Virus record (IMG/VR): IMGVR_UViG_3300020043_004465
Location: 1 to 32,385 of that record
DNA from: a virus
Lineage: Duplodnaviria; Caudoviricetes
Length of the DNA: 32,385 nucleotides
Strand: one strand, 5' to 3'
Shown here: piece after piece, positions 1-8,079 of the stretch
Layout: every line of letters begins with the position of its first letter
Numbering within the stretch: position 1 is the stretch's first letter
Notes under the pieces: generated by a model
Told to the model about the DNA's origin: nothing
What the model saw: the letters and a program-made list of their open reading frames with translations, nothing else
Databases searched by the model: none
Translations under genes and position numbers: made by a program

Positions 1-2
1 AT

Positions 3-182
3 GAGCTGGTTATTGACCTGAAGGAGGCTAAGGTAGATCGCCAGGGCAGCCTGGACCAGTGGAAAAACAAGAATCCGAACAAGTCGCATGCACTAGATGC
101 TTTTCGCTATTTCATTTTCAGTAACTTTGCCGAGATAACAAGTAACTTTAATCTGGAAAAGTATGGCACTATGTTGCAATAA
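3..182 (+). CDS. terL: Terminase large subunit, C-terminal fragment (5' truncated by window edge)
   Basis: Manual translation from position 3: ELVIDLKEAKVDRQGSLDQWKNKNPNKSHALDAFRYFIFSNF...MLQ*. HALDAFRY matches the H-x-x-D-A-x-R-Y motif at the end of TerL nuclease domains. Not in the ORF track. Confidence 0.75.
   Translation, partial: ELVIDLKEAKVDRQGSLDQWKNKNPNKSHALDAFRYFIFSNFAEITSNFNLEKYGTMLQ
122..129 (+). promoter_or_regulatory. Bacteroidota-type -7 promoter box TAACTTTG
   Basis: Matches TAnnTTTG, about 33 nt upstream of the ATG at 163. Confidence 0.4.
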
Positions 183-417
183 TTGCTACCCTATCTGCAC
201 TCCTTATCCGAGCTGCCCAAGCGCATTATTCATCACTGTGCCTCTGAGCTACACCGATGAATACATCACGATAAACATCATCAAGCCTGGAGTGAATGTG
301 AACATGCAGCAACTGCTGCCCATTGACAATGGCATTGTGCAACCTGAGCTAACGGGAGACTTTGGCAACTTCCTTAATCCTTGGGGAGGCCAGTACTCGC
401 TTTATTTTTTAGTGTAA
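163..417 (+). CDS. Hypothetical Cys-rich protein, possibly structural and possibly 3'-truncated
   Basis: 84 aa ORF overlapping the terL stop; N-terminus CCNNCYPIC..C; ends where the composition turns sharply AT-rich. Confidence 0.55.
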   Translation: MALCCNNCYPICTPYPSCPSALFITVPLSYTDEYITINIIKPGVNVNMQQLLPIDNGIVQPELTGDFGNFLNPWGGQYSLYFLV

Positions 418-1063
418 TAAATGGATACCACTCATAACACATTTTTTTTGCAGACTCTTGATCTTTTTTTTCCTTATAATCGTTTTGTAATCCTCCAGAA
501 TTAGTGCCAACATTTGGACAAGAAAACCAATAATGATTGAATCTTAAAACTCCGTTTCCATTTTTAATTGTTTGCAGGACAAAGTCTCTGTCTTCTTTTA
601 GATCAAATTCTGGCCTATAAGTCCATTTAATTTTTTTTATATTTAACAAAATACAAACTTCTGCATATTTTTTATTGATTGAGTATGATGTTTTTTCGTG
701 CCACGCATGTTGAATATAGTTAATACCTACAATTTCAAAAGGTAGTTTTTTTGCTTTTTCAAATATTTCAATCCATATTTTGGCCGTTTTTTTTATTGTC
801 TTTCCATTATAGACTCCGAAATTAATTACATCATCATCGCACATTATTACCCAATCATGATTTTGCTGTTTAGCATAATTAAGCATAAAGTTTCTTGAGT
901 ATCCAATACCCTCATTATTTTTCTCTATACTGACTTTATTTGGTACTTTATATGAGTCAAACTCTTGTGGCTCAACAAAATGAATAAAAGGTATTTTGGC
1001 ATTTTCAAAAAGAGTATATGTTTTTGTTTGTGGCCTTCCTTTTGAAGGTATAAAGCAAATCAT
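374..1063 (-). CDS. GT-A fold glycosyltransferase, TET-associated (TAGT/GREB1-like) type
   Basis: IPSKGR start, VEPQE..Y, GIGYSRN, MCDDD (DxD), KEDRDF and N.GG motifs; directly downstream of a ParB-like gene; AT-rich. Confidence 0.7.
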   Translation of the reverse strand: MICFIPSKGRPQTKTYTLFENAKIPFIHFVEPQEFDSYKVPNKVSIEKNNEGIGYSRNFMLNYAKQQNHDWVIMCDDDVINFGVYNGKTIKKTAKIWIEIFEKAKKLPFEIVGINYIQHAWHEKTSYSINKKYAEVCILLNIKKIKWTYRPEFDLKEDRDFVLQTIKNGNGVLRFNHYWFSCPNVGTNSGGLQNDYKEKKDQESAKKMCYEWYPFITLKNKASTGLPKD

Positions 1064-1629
1064 ATTTTTTCTTTTTGCGCCTTAAGATACTCCATAATCA
1101 TTCCGCCAATATAGGCTTTTTGCTCTCGCCAAAACTTTACAAGCTCATAGGCTTCCTCATAGTGTTCTAATTTAAACTCAATGTTAATTGCTTTCTTTAC
1201 TCCATCAGTCATATTTTCAAGTTGCTCAGAGATATCCTCACTATCAAGTATTGAGTAGTCGATTTCTGCTCCAAACTGTGGCACATTTAAGCCCCATTTG
1301 TCAAGGTCTTCAGTATCCCAATTGTTAGCCAAATCATCCCAATCCCACTCACCGAAGCCTACATTGTCCTTAATAATAAACTCTCTCTGCTTGGCCTCAT
1401 CCCAATTAACTAGCTCAACTGGAATCTCTTTCCACTTGGCTTCTTTCATGGCCTTAAAGCGCATGTTGCCACCAAGGATAACCATGTCCTGATTGACCAC
1501 TATTGGCCTGACATTAGCCATCTCTGGGAAGTCCTTGAGCGACTGAACGAGCTTCTTGAACTTATCATCCTTGATAAGTCTGGGATTGCTCGGATTAGGT
1601 TTGATCTGGTTGATTGAAACTACTTGCAT
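1060..1629 (-). CDS. ParB/sulfiredoxin N-terminal domain protein
   Basis: IKPNPSNPR, RPIVVN..ILGGNMRFKA, IIKDN..GEWD..L motifs typical of phage ParB-like proteins near packaging and modification genes. Confidence 0.85.
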   Translation of the reverse strand: MQVVSINQIKPNPSNPRLIKDDKFKKLVQSLKDFPEMANVRPIVVNQDMVILGGNMRFKAMKEAKWKEIPVELVNWDEAKQREFIIKDNVGFGEWDWDDLANNWDTEDLDKWGLNVPQFGAEIDYSILDSEDISEQLENMTDGVKKAINIEFKLEHYEEAYELVKFWREQKAYIGGMIMEYLKAQKEKI

Positions 1630-1635
1630 GCAGGA

Positions 1636-1803
1636 TTACTTTATCTTTGGCTTCATGCTTGGCATCTTAGGCTTAGCTGTCTTCTTGGCCTTCTTAGCCA
1701 CAGATAGCGCAATGGCTACTGCCTGCTTCTGAGGCTTGCCGGACTTCATCTCGGTCTTGATGTTCTTGCTAATGGTCTTAGCGGAATAGCCTTTCTTGAG
1801 CAT
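1636..1803 (-). CDS. Small Lys-rich phage protein (55 aa)
   Basis: Manual translation MLKKGYSAKTISKNIKTEMKSGKPQKQAVAIALSVAKKAKK...; resembles a common small phage protein with a KQAVAIALS motif; fills the gap exactly. Confidence 0.8.
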   Translation of the reverse strand: MLKKGYSAKTISKNIKTEMKSGKPQKQAVAIALSVAKKAKKTAKPKMPSMKPKIK

Positions 1804-1807
1804 GGCA

Positions 1808-2074
1808 TTATTTGATTTTGTGCAAATTTAGCAAATTCCAAATGGCTTGATACATGTCCTTCTGGTTTTGCCAGCGTCTCATGTAGGCTTTCGATTCTGT
1901 TCCTGTCTCAATCTTATGCTCTAGCTGCCGAATTTTACGCATCAGGTAGTCCATGCATTGGTCTCGGTCATATCTGGCAGGAATGTGTGTGTAAATCATA
2001 GTGTTTGAATAAGTGCCTTCGCCCTCCCAATGGTCAGGCAGCTGGCTGATGTGTATTGCATTTATGTTATTCAT
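1808..2074 (-). CDS. Hypothetical protein
   Basis: ORF 1808..2104; the ATG at 2074 overlapping the dnaB stop is the more likely start. Confidence 0.6.
   Translation of the reverse strand: MNNINAIHISQLPDHWEGEGTYSNTMIYTHIPARYDRDQCMDYLMRKIRQLEHKIETGTESKAYMRRWQNQKDMYQAIWNLLNLHKIK
1823..1830 (-). promoter_or_regulatory. -7 promoter box TAAATTTG for the small basic protein/ParB/GT operon
   Basis: CAAATTTA on the + strand, about 20 nt upstream of the ATG at 1803. Confidence 0.5.
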
Positions 2075-3398
2075 TGTAATCTTTAAGGCGCATAATAGGC
2101 GCATCGAATCGCAAAGGTACTATGCCTGTGCTTCCTGAGCGCATCTTGACTTGGTCAATGAGGCAAAGTCCTTGGTTTGGCAATTCCTGACTGCCTACTT
2201 TGGTCGTGGCTGTGGGATCAAAGTAGTACTCAGGGCGCAGCATCATCCAGATGACATCGGCATCTTGTTCCACCGAACCTGATTCACGCAGGTCGCTCAT
2301 CATTGGCATCTTATCGCTGCGTTCTTCTACTCTGCGGCTAAGCTGGCTGAGTGCCACCACCGGAATCTGGAGTTCTTTAGCAAGCAGCTTTAAGCCTCTA
2401 CTTATCTCACCTATGATGTTCACTCGGTTAGTCTCCTTTGGATTGACCGAATTAACTAGACCGATGTAATCGACAAACAGCACCTTGATGTTGTACTTGT
2501 TCTTCCACATGGTAGCCTTTGTCCGAATTTTGGAAATGTTTAGGTAGCCTTCATCGCTAATCTTAATCGGCCAGCTTTTCATGCGCTCCACTGCCTCATG
2601 AATGGCATTGCGGTCATAGGTATTCAGCTCACCCTGCTTGATTCGGTAGGCAAAAACGTTGCTTTCTTGGGAGGCTAACCGCTGCACCAATTCGTGCTTT
2701 GTCATCTCAAGGCTAAACATGCCACAGCCTATGCCCTGCTTTGCTAGATTTCGAATAATTGACACAACAAGTGCAGTCTTGCCCTGCCCTGGTCTTGCAC
2801 CAACAACTGTAAGCTCACCATTGGTCAAGCCTCCGCATAGTGTGTCGAGCGAGTTAATGCCTGTCCGGTAGCCAGCAATCTCTCCAGGCTTGGAGTTGAG
2901 CCATTGGCTAGATGATAGCTCAAGCTGTTGCAGGAAGTCATCATCATTCTTGGTAATTGTGCTGGCAAGTAGATTGTCAAACTTAAGCTGGTATTCGGTG
3001 AATGTCTCAAATATGTCTCCTGAATCGCTCTGTGCCTTCTGGAGCAGTTCGAGTGAAAGCATGTGCAGCTTAGACTTGAGGTAATGCTCCACAAGCAATC
3101 GGCAGTGAGCCTCCAGATGCCCGAAGGCAATTACGGTGGCATAGATGTTGGCAACATTGCGAATGCCTCCGGCTTCCTTGATTAGTCCTGACTTCTTGAT
3201 TGTCGATACTGTTGTTTCCAGATCAACAGGTTCTCCGGCATCCTGCTGTGCCTGGATTGCTCTTGCCACTATTCGGTGAGCATCAACTTGGAAGCAGTCA
3301 AGTGTGGGTAAGATTTGAAGTGCTGTTAGCCTATCCTCGGCTGATAGCATCATGGCAGCAAGTACCTGCCTTTCGACTTTTTCGTTCTCAAATTGCAT
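2067..3398 (-). CDS. dnaB: Replicative DNA helicase
   Basis: Walker A GARPGQGKT, FSLEM, VDYI, LSQLSR, DLRESGSVEQDAD motifs; DnaB N-terminal domain present. Confidence 0.96.
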   Translation of the reverse strand: MQFENEKVERQVLAAMMLSAEDRLTALQILPTLDCFQVDAHRIVARAIQAQQDAGEPVDLETTVSTIKKSGLIKEAGGIRNVANIYATVIAFGHLEAHCRLLVEHYLKSKLHMLSLELLQKAQSDSGDIFETFTEYQLKFDNLLASTITKNDDDFLQQLELSSSQWLNSKPGEIAGYRTGINSLDTLCGGLTNGELTVVGARPGQGKTALVVSIIRNLAKQGIGCGMFSLEMTKHELVQRLASQESNVFAYRIKQGELNTYDRNAIHEAVERMKSWPIKISDEGYLNISKIRTKATMWKNKYNIKVLFVDYIGLVNSVNPKETNRVNIIGEISRGLKLLAKELQIPVVALSQLSRRVEERSDKMPMMSDLRESGSVEQDADVIWMMLRPEYYFDPTATTKVGSQELPNQGLCLIDQVKMRSGSTGIVPLRFDAPIMRLKDYNE

Positions 3399-3401
3399 AG
3401 C

Positions 3402-4109
3402 TTATTGGTTGGGTGTAAAAGTAAATGATTCGTGGAATTGGCGGGTGCGGGCGGGCGGAACATCTTGGTTTGCGCTATTATTTTTTTGGTTTTTAAGAAT
3501 CCAATTGTTTTTAATGGTTCTTCTCCAGTCAATCACTTGCTTACCATCCCTGTTCTTCCACTTGGCATCAGCATAGTAGTAGTAGCATCTCTCAAGGTAA
3601 TCAAGTGATGCCCCTTGCTCGATAAAGTAGGCTTCCACTTCCTCAAGTGTTGGTGGAACAAATTTTCTTCTGAAACTTTTGGCTACATGTGTTTCATGGT
3701 TTAGTGGTTTAGTGGTTTCTTGGTTTACTTGTTTATCTATGGGTACACCGCCTTCGTCATTGCCATCACTTTCTTGTATCAAAGCCATATCCATTGCCGT
3801 AGTATCTGGCGTTACTAAATCGCCACAGCGCAAGGTTATTACTCTGCCATAGTTTTGATTAATTGATGGCCTTAGTGTCTTGATAAATCCCCATTTTTCG
3901 AGATCAGCAAGAGCAGCCAGATAGGTATTTTTATTGCCTATTGAAAGACCTTCCATAGTAAACTGAGTATTGATTGTAAACTCATCCTTCCATCCAAGTC
4001 TATTATTTAATTCTACAAGCCAGCAATAGATTGCAGTATGTTGAGCTTTTGCCTCCGTTTTTTCAAAGGCAAAATTGAACCATCGCCTGGTAAGTTGATA
4101 ACCGTTCAT
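3402..4109 (-). CDS. Phage replication initiator / replisome organiser
   Basis: N-terminal winged-HTH-like region, low-complexity linker, C-terminal FVPPTLEEVEAYF...W....DW motif; immediately upstream of dnaB. Confidence 0.75.
   Translation of the reverse strand: MNGYQLTRRWFNFAFEKTEAKAQHTAIYCWLVELNNRLGWKDEFTINTQFTMEGLSIGNKNTYLAALADLEKWGFIKTLRPSINQNYGRVITLRCGDLVTPDTTAMDMALIQESDGNDEGGVPIDKQVNQETTKPLNHETHVAKSFRRKFVPPTLEEVEAYFIEQGASLDYLERCYYYYADAKWKNRDGKQVIDWRRTIKNNWILKNQKNNSANQDVPPARTRQFHESFTFTPNQ
3688..3735. repeat. Six tandem imperfect 8-mers, candidate origin iterons
   Basis: Minus strand reads TAAACAAG TAAACCAA GAAACCAC TAAACCAC TAAACCAT GAAACACA inside the initiator linker. Confidence 0.6.
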
Positions 4110-4318
4110 AGATTATCAACTTTTAGTGTTTTCTCTAAAAATGCCATTAACCAGGTAGCTTCAATTTTAAGCAACTCCATTGATTGCTTAATGTGCCATT
4201 GGTTGTTGTTAAACTCCATTATTCTAACTTGATATATGTCATCGTCATGGAAATATTCCATTTCAAATGCATGTTCTTCTTGGATGTGTCTAACCTTAAA
4301 TGTTGTTGTAATATTCAT
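4106..4318 (-). CDS. Hypothetical protein
   Basis: 70 aa ORF with an ATGA overlap onto the initiator gene. Confidence 0.65.
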   Translation of the reverse strand: MNITTTFKVRHIQEEHAFEMEYFHDDDIYQVRIMEFNNNQWHIKQSMELLKIEATWLMAFLEKTLKVDNL

Positions 4319-4455
4319 AAAAACAAAAACCCCATCCGGTGTTCCTTGGTGAGACCAGCCCAGGTATAGGCTGCCAAGTACTGACCGAATGGGGCTTTAA
4401 TATTTTTCATTACCTGAATTTTTACCCGGGTCTCAATCGGGGGCTTTCGCCAGTG
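4319..4455 (-). ncRNA. Putative structured leader RNA / attenuator
   Basis: Nested stems GCCCCATTCGGT/ACCGGATGGGGT, CTTGG/CCAAG and CAGCCTA/TGGGCTG, then a U-tract; GGTCTCA in the 3' arm bulge is complementary to an upstream TGAGACC. Confidence 0.55.
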
Positions 4456-4484
4456 CAAATATAACTACATTCTCACCGCCCAAA
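4456..4484 (-). promoter_or_regulatory. Bacteroidota sigma70-type promoter (-33 TTTG, -7 TATATTTG)
   Basis: CAAATATA at 4456-4463 and CAAA at 4481-4484 on the + strand; 17 nt spacer. Confidence 0.6.
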
Positions 4485-4749
4485 AAAATAAAACTGTCAT
4501 GGCAATGGAAAAGGCAATGGTAACGTAGGCCACCGTACTCCAGATATGGCAATTTCTGCGCTCGGTTACATAGGCATTATCCATCTTGCCGAACTGAGTT
4601 TGCCAGAACTCGACCAGGCCATTAAGTTCTTTGACCTCCTCACGAAGATCAGCAGACTGCTCCTTATGGTAGTCTCTGCTGCGCCTGTGATTGTCTGAAT
4701 GCCTCCGGCACTCATCCAGCTTTGCTTGCAATTCAATTAGTTCACTCAT
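4465..4749 (-). CDS. Coiled-coil protein with C-terminal transmembrane helix
   Basis: ORF 4465..4782, likely start MSELIELQ at 4749; heptad-like region followed by hydrophobic VAYVTIAFSIAMTVLFFW. Confidence 0.65.
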   Translation of the reverse strand: MSELIELQAKLDECRRHSDNHRRSRDYHKEQSADLREEVKELNGLVEFWQTQFGKMDNAYVTERRNCHIWSTVAYVTIAFSIAMTVLFFWAVRM

Positions 4750-4814
4750 TGTTGTAGAATTATTGGTTAGATTTTTTTGCAAATAAATGGTAAATAGATT
4801 GACACTTCCAAATA

Positions 4815-5372
4815 TTAAATAAAAACCATAATAGTGTTTTTGAACCAGCGTAGGCTGGATGACTTGCGGAGCTGATTGGTAAGCCTGTCCTCCAGGTAGT
4901 AGCCTCTTGCCTGCATCTGTTGCATGATGTAGTCATTAGTCTGGCAATTGACATGGCCATCACCGCCCTGTCCAGGGATTGCCCAGGATAAAATAATTAT
5001 GCCTCCCTCAATTGAGTGCCTAACAATATTATCAATAAATGTCTGCTCAAACTCTGCCGGGATGTGTTCGCCCACTTCCAGGCTCATTACGCACTTGAAT
5101 TGCTTTTCGAGGTCAAAGGTCTGGCTCAAGTCCTTAACCTGGGCAATGCCTCCGCTAATCTGCTCTGTGTATGGATTGCCATCATAAGCCTCCACTACAA
5201 GGCGATGCCTGCGGAAGAACCGTGCATACTCACCAGTGCCACATCCGAAGTCCACCAGTGTGTCGCACTTACGAGCCTTAAGCACCTTTAGGATTGCTCC
5301 TGCCAGCCTGCTGTCATGTGCATGGCCTTCTTTAGTCGGATTCTCCCAGAATCCCTGCTGATTTATTATCAT
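4815..5372 (-). CDS. Class I SAM-dependent methyltransferase
   Basis: VDFGCGTG motif I, SLEVGEHI, GQGGDGHVN; no DPPY/NPPY/PC motif, so more likely a small-molecule or glycan MTase than a DNA MTase. Confidence 0.85.
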   Translation of the reverse strand: MIINQQGFWENPTKEGHAHDSRLAGAILKVLKARKCDTLVDFGCGTGEYARFFRRHRLVVEAYDGNPYTEQISGGIAQVKDLSQTFDLEKQFKCVMSLEVGEHIPAEFEQTFIDNIVRHSIEGGIIILSWAIPGQGGDGHVNCQTNDYIMQQMQARGYYLEDRLTNQLRKSSSLRWFKNTIMVFI

Positions 5373-5745
5373 AGTAGTAATCTATTATTGTAATGACTTC
5401 ATCCAAAGACCAGGAGACCAGCACCAGCCAGTTGGCAGCAACTAACTTGTCAAATATTGACAACTGCTGGTCTGATGGTTTATTGTAGCCTACCTTCAGT
5501 TCAATTGCTAGACCGGAGTAACCTTTGCGCTGATCTAATATCAGACAATCCGGTATGCCAGCTTTAACTCCCATGCCTTTGAGCTTGCTCGCTTCTATGG
5601 CATTCCGGCTGCCTCCATTCGGGCAGTGAAACCAGAATGCTCCTAATGTGTCGAGGTAACGAGCCACTGCCTTCTGGAAGTTGTCCTCTGTGCCGACATA
5701 CTTCTTAAAGTCTGGATGTGGCTTAATGACCTCCGGCAGTTGCAT
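5332..5745 (-). CDS. VRR-NUC domain nuclease (possible Holliday junction resolvase)
   Basis: E..FQ, FHCPNGG.R, GVKAGIPD, IELKVG.NKPS..Q PD-(D/E)xK motifs. ORF 5332..5778; the start is uncertain, and ATG 5745 is chosen. Confidence 0.88.
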   Translation of the reverse strand: MQLPEVIKPHPDFKKYVGTEDNFQKAVARYLDTLGAFWFHCPNGGSRNAIEASKLKGMGVKAGIPDCLILDQRKGYSGLAIELKVGYNKPSDQQLSIFDKLVAANWLVLVSWSLDEVITIIDYYYDNKSAGILGESD

Positions 5746-5779
5746 ATCAAAAAAAAATCCGGGCATAAAGTTTTGCACT

Positions 5780-5795
5780 TAATTTTGCAAACCTA
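5780..5795. promoter_or_regulatory. Adjacent, oppositely oriented -7 promoter boxes
   Basis: TAATTTTG (+, 5780-5787) abuts CAAACCTA (= TAGGTTTG on -, 5788-5795) between divergent genes. Confidence 0.55.
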
Positions 5796-5805
5796 AACCA
5801 AAAGA

Positions 5806-6168
5806 ATGGACTGTCTTAAAATATCAGACTTCTGCAGGAAGTATAAGCTACCTCAGCATAGATTCACCAGGTACAAGCGCATGTTCCACACCCAGAAAGT
5901 CGAAGGCTACAAAGTGCCTTGGGTGAAGCTAGATGAGTGGAATCTGGCAATGGTAGCCGACATCCTCCAGCACACTGGTACTCGCAGGCGAAAGGATAGG
6001 TTAAGCCTGGATGCCTTCTGCATCAAGCATGGAGTAACTACTGAACACTTTAAAAAAGTCTGCCACCGGATGCAGCTGGAGGATCATGGCGGACAAATGA
6101 TGTTAGTGGATAGCTTGCACAATTATGCCCTCCTGAAGCACGGGAGGCTGATTCGAAAAAAAAGTTGA
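5806..6168 (+). CDS. Putative DNA-binding protein with internal duplication
   Basis: Basic 120 aa protein; halves LKISDFCRKYKL..HRF and LSLDAFCIKHGV..EHF resemble two HTH/excisionase-like units. Confidence 0.55.
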   Translation: MDCLKISDFCRKYKLPQHRFTRYKRMFHTQKVEGYKVPWVKLDEWNLAMVADILQHTGTRRRKDRLSLDAFCIKHGVTTEHFKKVCHRMQLEDHGGQMMLVDSLHNYALLKHGRLIRKKS

Positions 6169-6196
6169 AAAAAAAGTAAAATATTTTTGCAGATAA

Positions 6197-6227
6197 TTTG
6201 CAGATATAAAAACTAGCCTTACCTTTG
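6197..6227 (+). promoter_or_regulatory. Consensus Bacteroidota promoter
   Basis: TTTG (6197-6200), 19 nt spacer, TACCTTTG (6220-6227); 31 nt upstream of ATG 6259. Confidence 0.75.
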
Positions 6228-6258
6228 TCTCAACATTTACCAATAACAATTAAAAATT

Positions 6259-6483
6259 ATGTTTACCTCATTCGTTCCAATGTCAGCATCTTACAACGAA
6301 GCAACTGACACCCTAATTGTTCACTTCATAGGCACTGATAAGCACCGTTATCCAAATCGTTGCGAAGCTCAGAAAGCATTAGGCTTTCCATGTGAGTACT
6401 CAGCATCTGACTATAAGCGTTTTCGCAAGTCAGGCACAACCATCATCCGTACCGATTTAGGTGTAATCATCAATCCTAAGTAA
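6259..6483 (+). CDS. Hypothetical protein
   Basis: 74 aa ORF after a consensus promoter and an A-rich leader. Confidence 0.7.
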   Translation: MFTSFVPMSASYNEATDTLIVHFIGTDKHRYPNRCEAQKALGFPCEYSASDYKRFRKSGTTIIRTDLGVIINPK

Positions 6484-6485
6484 TC

Positions 6486-6584
6486 ATGAAAGACTTTCCG
6501 CAAATGCCACTCAAGGATCAGGTCATCCTGCTGGCTAAATTATTCGGAGTGTGGATGCTCACGCTCATTATCGAAGCACTTTAA
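6486..6584 (+). CDS. Small membrane peptide (32 aa)
   Basis: Manual translation MKDFPQMPLKDQVILLAKLFGVWMLTLIIEAL*; fills the gap in the operon. Confidence 0.55.
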   Translation: MKDFPQMPLKDQVILLAKLFGVWMLTLIIEAL

Positions 6585-6614
6585 TTTTTGTTCAATAAAT
6601 AAACCAATAGAAGT

Positions 6615-7289
6615 ATGGCGATTATCGCAAAATCTACCGGAGAAAGCACTCAGAGAGAGCTAATCCCTGCTGGCACTTATGTAGCCAGATGTTATTCAGT
6701 TGTTCACCTAGGCCATGTTACGCAGAAGTACATGGGTGAGGAGAAAGTAGTGGACTTAGTCAGGTTCACATGGGAGCTGCCCACCGAACTGCGGTGCTTT
6801 AACCAAGACAAGGGCATGCAGCCATGCGCCATCAGCAGGGAGATGACATTTAGCCTGAACGAGAAGTCAAACCTAAGAGCAATGCTCAATGCTTGGAGAG
6901 GCAAAGCACTTACAGAAGAGGAGGCTAAAGCCTTTGACCTTGCCAAGCTCATAGGCGCACCGTGCATGATTAATCTCATCCATCAGCCGAGCAAAGCCAA
7001 CCCTGAGAAAGTGTATGAGCGCATAGCAGCAGTGATGCCTATGATGAAGGGCATGACCTGCCCACCACAGCACAATCCTAGCATGGAGTTTAGTGTGCTG
7101 GAGTTTGACCGCCCTAAGTTCGAGAGCCTGCCTACATTCCTGCAAGAAATGATTACAGGCAGCACCGAATATCAGAACATGATGAAAGCACCTGCCCAGC
7201 CTACCAATGCCCAGAAGCAAGAGATGCTCCACCAGCAGGAGGTAGCTGCTAAATTAGCTGAAGAACCATTTCACGATCTCCCTTTCTGA
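6615..7289 (+). CDS. Phage ssDNA-binding-like protein (NGO0469-like family)
   Basis: IPAGTYVARCY..LG, SL.EKSNLR..L..WRG motifs; C-terminal DLPF tail typical of SSBs. Confidence 0.7.
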   Translation: MAIIAKSTGESTQRELIPAGTYVARCYSVVHLGHVTQKYMGEEKVVDLVRFTWELPTELRCFNQDKGMQPCAISREMTFSLNEKSNLRAMLNAWRGKALTEEEAKAFDLAKLIGAPCMINLIHQPSKANPEKVYERIAAVMPMMKGMTCPPQHNPSMEFSVLEFDRPKFESLPTFLQEMITGSTEYQNMMKAPAQPTNAQKQEMLHQQEVAAKLAEEPFHDLPF

Positions 7290-7290
7290 T

Positions 7291-7794
7291 ATGGCAACAC
7301 TCTGGCAACTAACACAAGACGAACTCTCCTTCATCAGCTTGATGGAGGAGAACGGAGGCGAGGTCAATGATGAGATTTTTGAGGACTTCGCCATCAGGAG
7401 AGAGAACTGGCAGTATAAGGCAGAAGCCTACTCTAAGTTCATCCTGAAGCTGGAATCTGAAGCTGACCAAGCTGCTGCTGAGATTAAGCGCATACAGGCA
7501 CTTAAGAAAGCTAAGGAGAACACGGTTCAGCGATTAAAGGACACACTGCTGGCTGCTCTTATGGTCTTCACTGAGGAAGATAGCAAAGGCATACGCAGGT
7601 ATGAAACCCCACTAGCCAAGCTCAGCACTCGCAAGAGCCAGTCAGTAGAGATACTTGATGAGGCATTGCTGCCGGATGACTTCTGGGTAATCAAGAAGGA
7701 AGTCAGCAAGTCCACTATTAGCGCAGCAATTAAGGATGGTGCTGAAGTACCAGGCGCACAAATGAAGGAGAACCTATCATTAAGCATAAGGTAA
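7291..7794 (+). CDS. Siphovirus Gp157 family protein
   Basis: Coiled-coil EIKRIQALKK..EN, S.RKS.SVEI.DE..LP, I..AIKDG.EVPGA, ending LSIR. Confidence 0.88.
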   Translation: MATLWQLTQDELSFISLMEENGGEVNDEIFEDFAIRRENWQYKAEAYSKFILKLESEADQAAAEIKRIQALKKAKENTVQRLKDTLLAALMVFTEEDSKGIRRYETPLAKLSTRKSQSVEILDEALLPDDFWVIKKEVSKSTISAAIKDGAEVPGAQMKENLSLSIR

Positions 7795-8003
7795 TGGATC
7801 ATCACAAGTATCGCTTTGATGTCAAGAACACAAGGACAGGCAATCAAGAGCCTTACATAGGAGTGTTCAAGAGCAGAATGGATGCAGAGGCTTGGTTCAT
7901 CGAGCATGGGTTGTGGCATCGTAAAAATGACAGGCCATTAATCCTGGTCAAATGCCCGACCAAAAACCCTGAAGCACCAATTGAAGAAGAAGAGGACAGG
8001 TAA
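7794..8003 (+). CDS. Hypothetical protein
   Basis: 69 aa ORF with a TAATG stop/start overlap. Confidence 0.65.
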   Translation: MDHHKYRFDVKNTRTGNQEPYIGVFKSRMDAEAWFIEHGLWHRKNDRPLILVKCPTKNPEAPIEEEEDR

Positions 8004-8031
8004 TTGTTATATTGGTTAATTATGGTGTAAT

Positions 8032-8065
8032 AAAAAAGGGAGGTTTTTAGCCTCCCTCTTTTTTT
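8032..8065. terminator. Bidirectional intrinsic terminator
   Basis: AGGGAGG/CCTCCCT stem flanked by A- and T-tracts, between convergent operons. Confidence 0.85.
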
Positions 8066-8079
8066 GTCCTTAGCTTAAA

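Noticed and set aside
4319-4455. tRNA gene
   Set aside because: No cloverleaf, T-loop GTTC in the proper context or CCA end; it folds as a single long hairpin.
4815-5372. DNA methyltransferase
   Set aside because: Lacks DPPY/NPPY or PC catalytic motifs.
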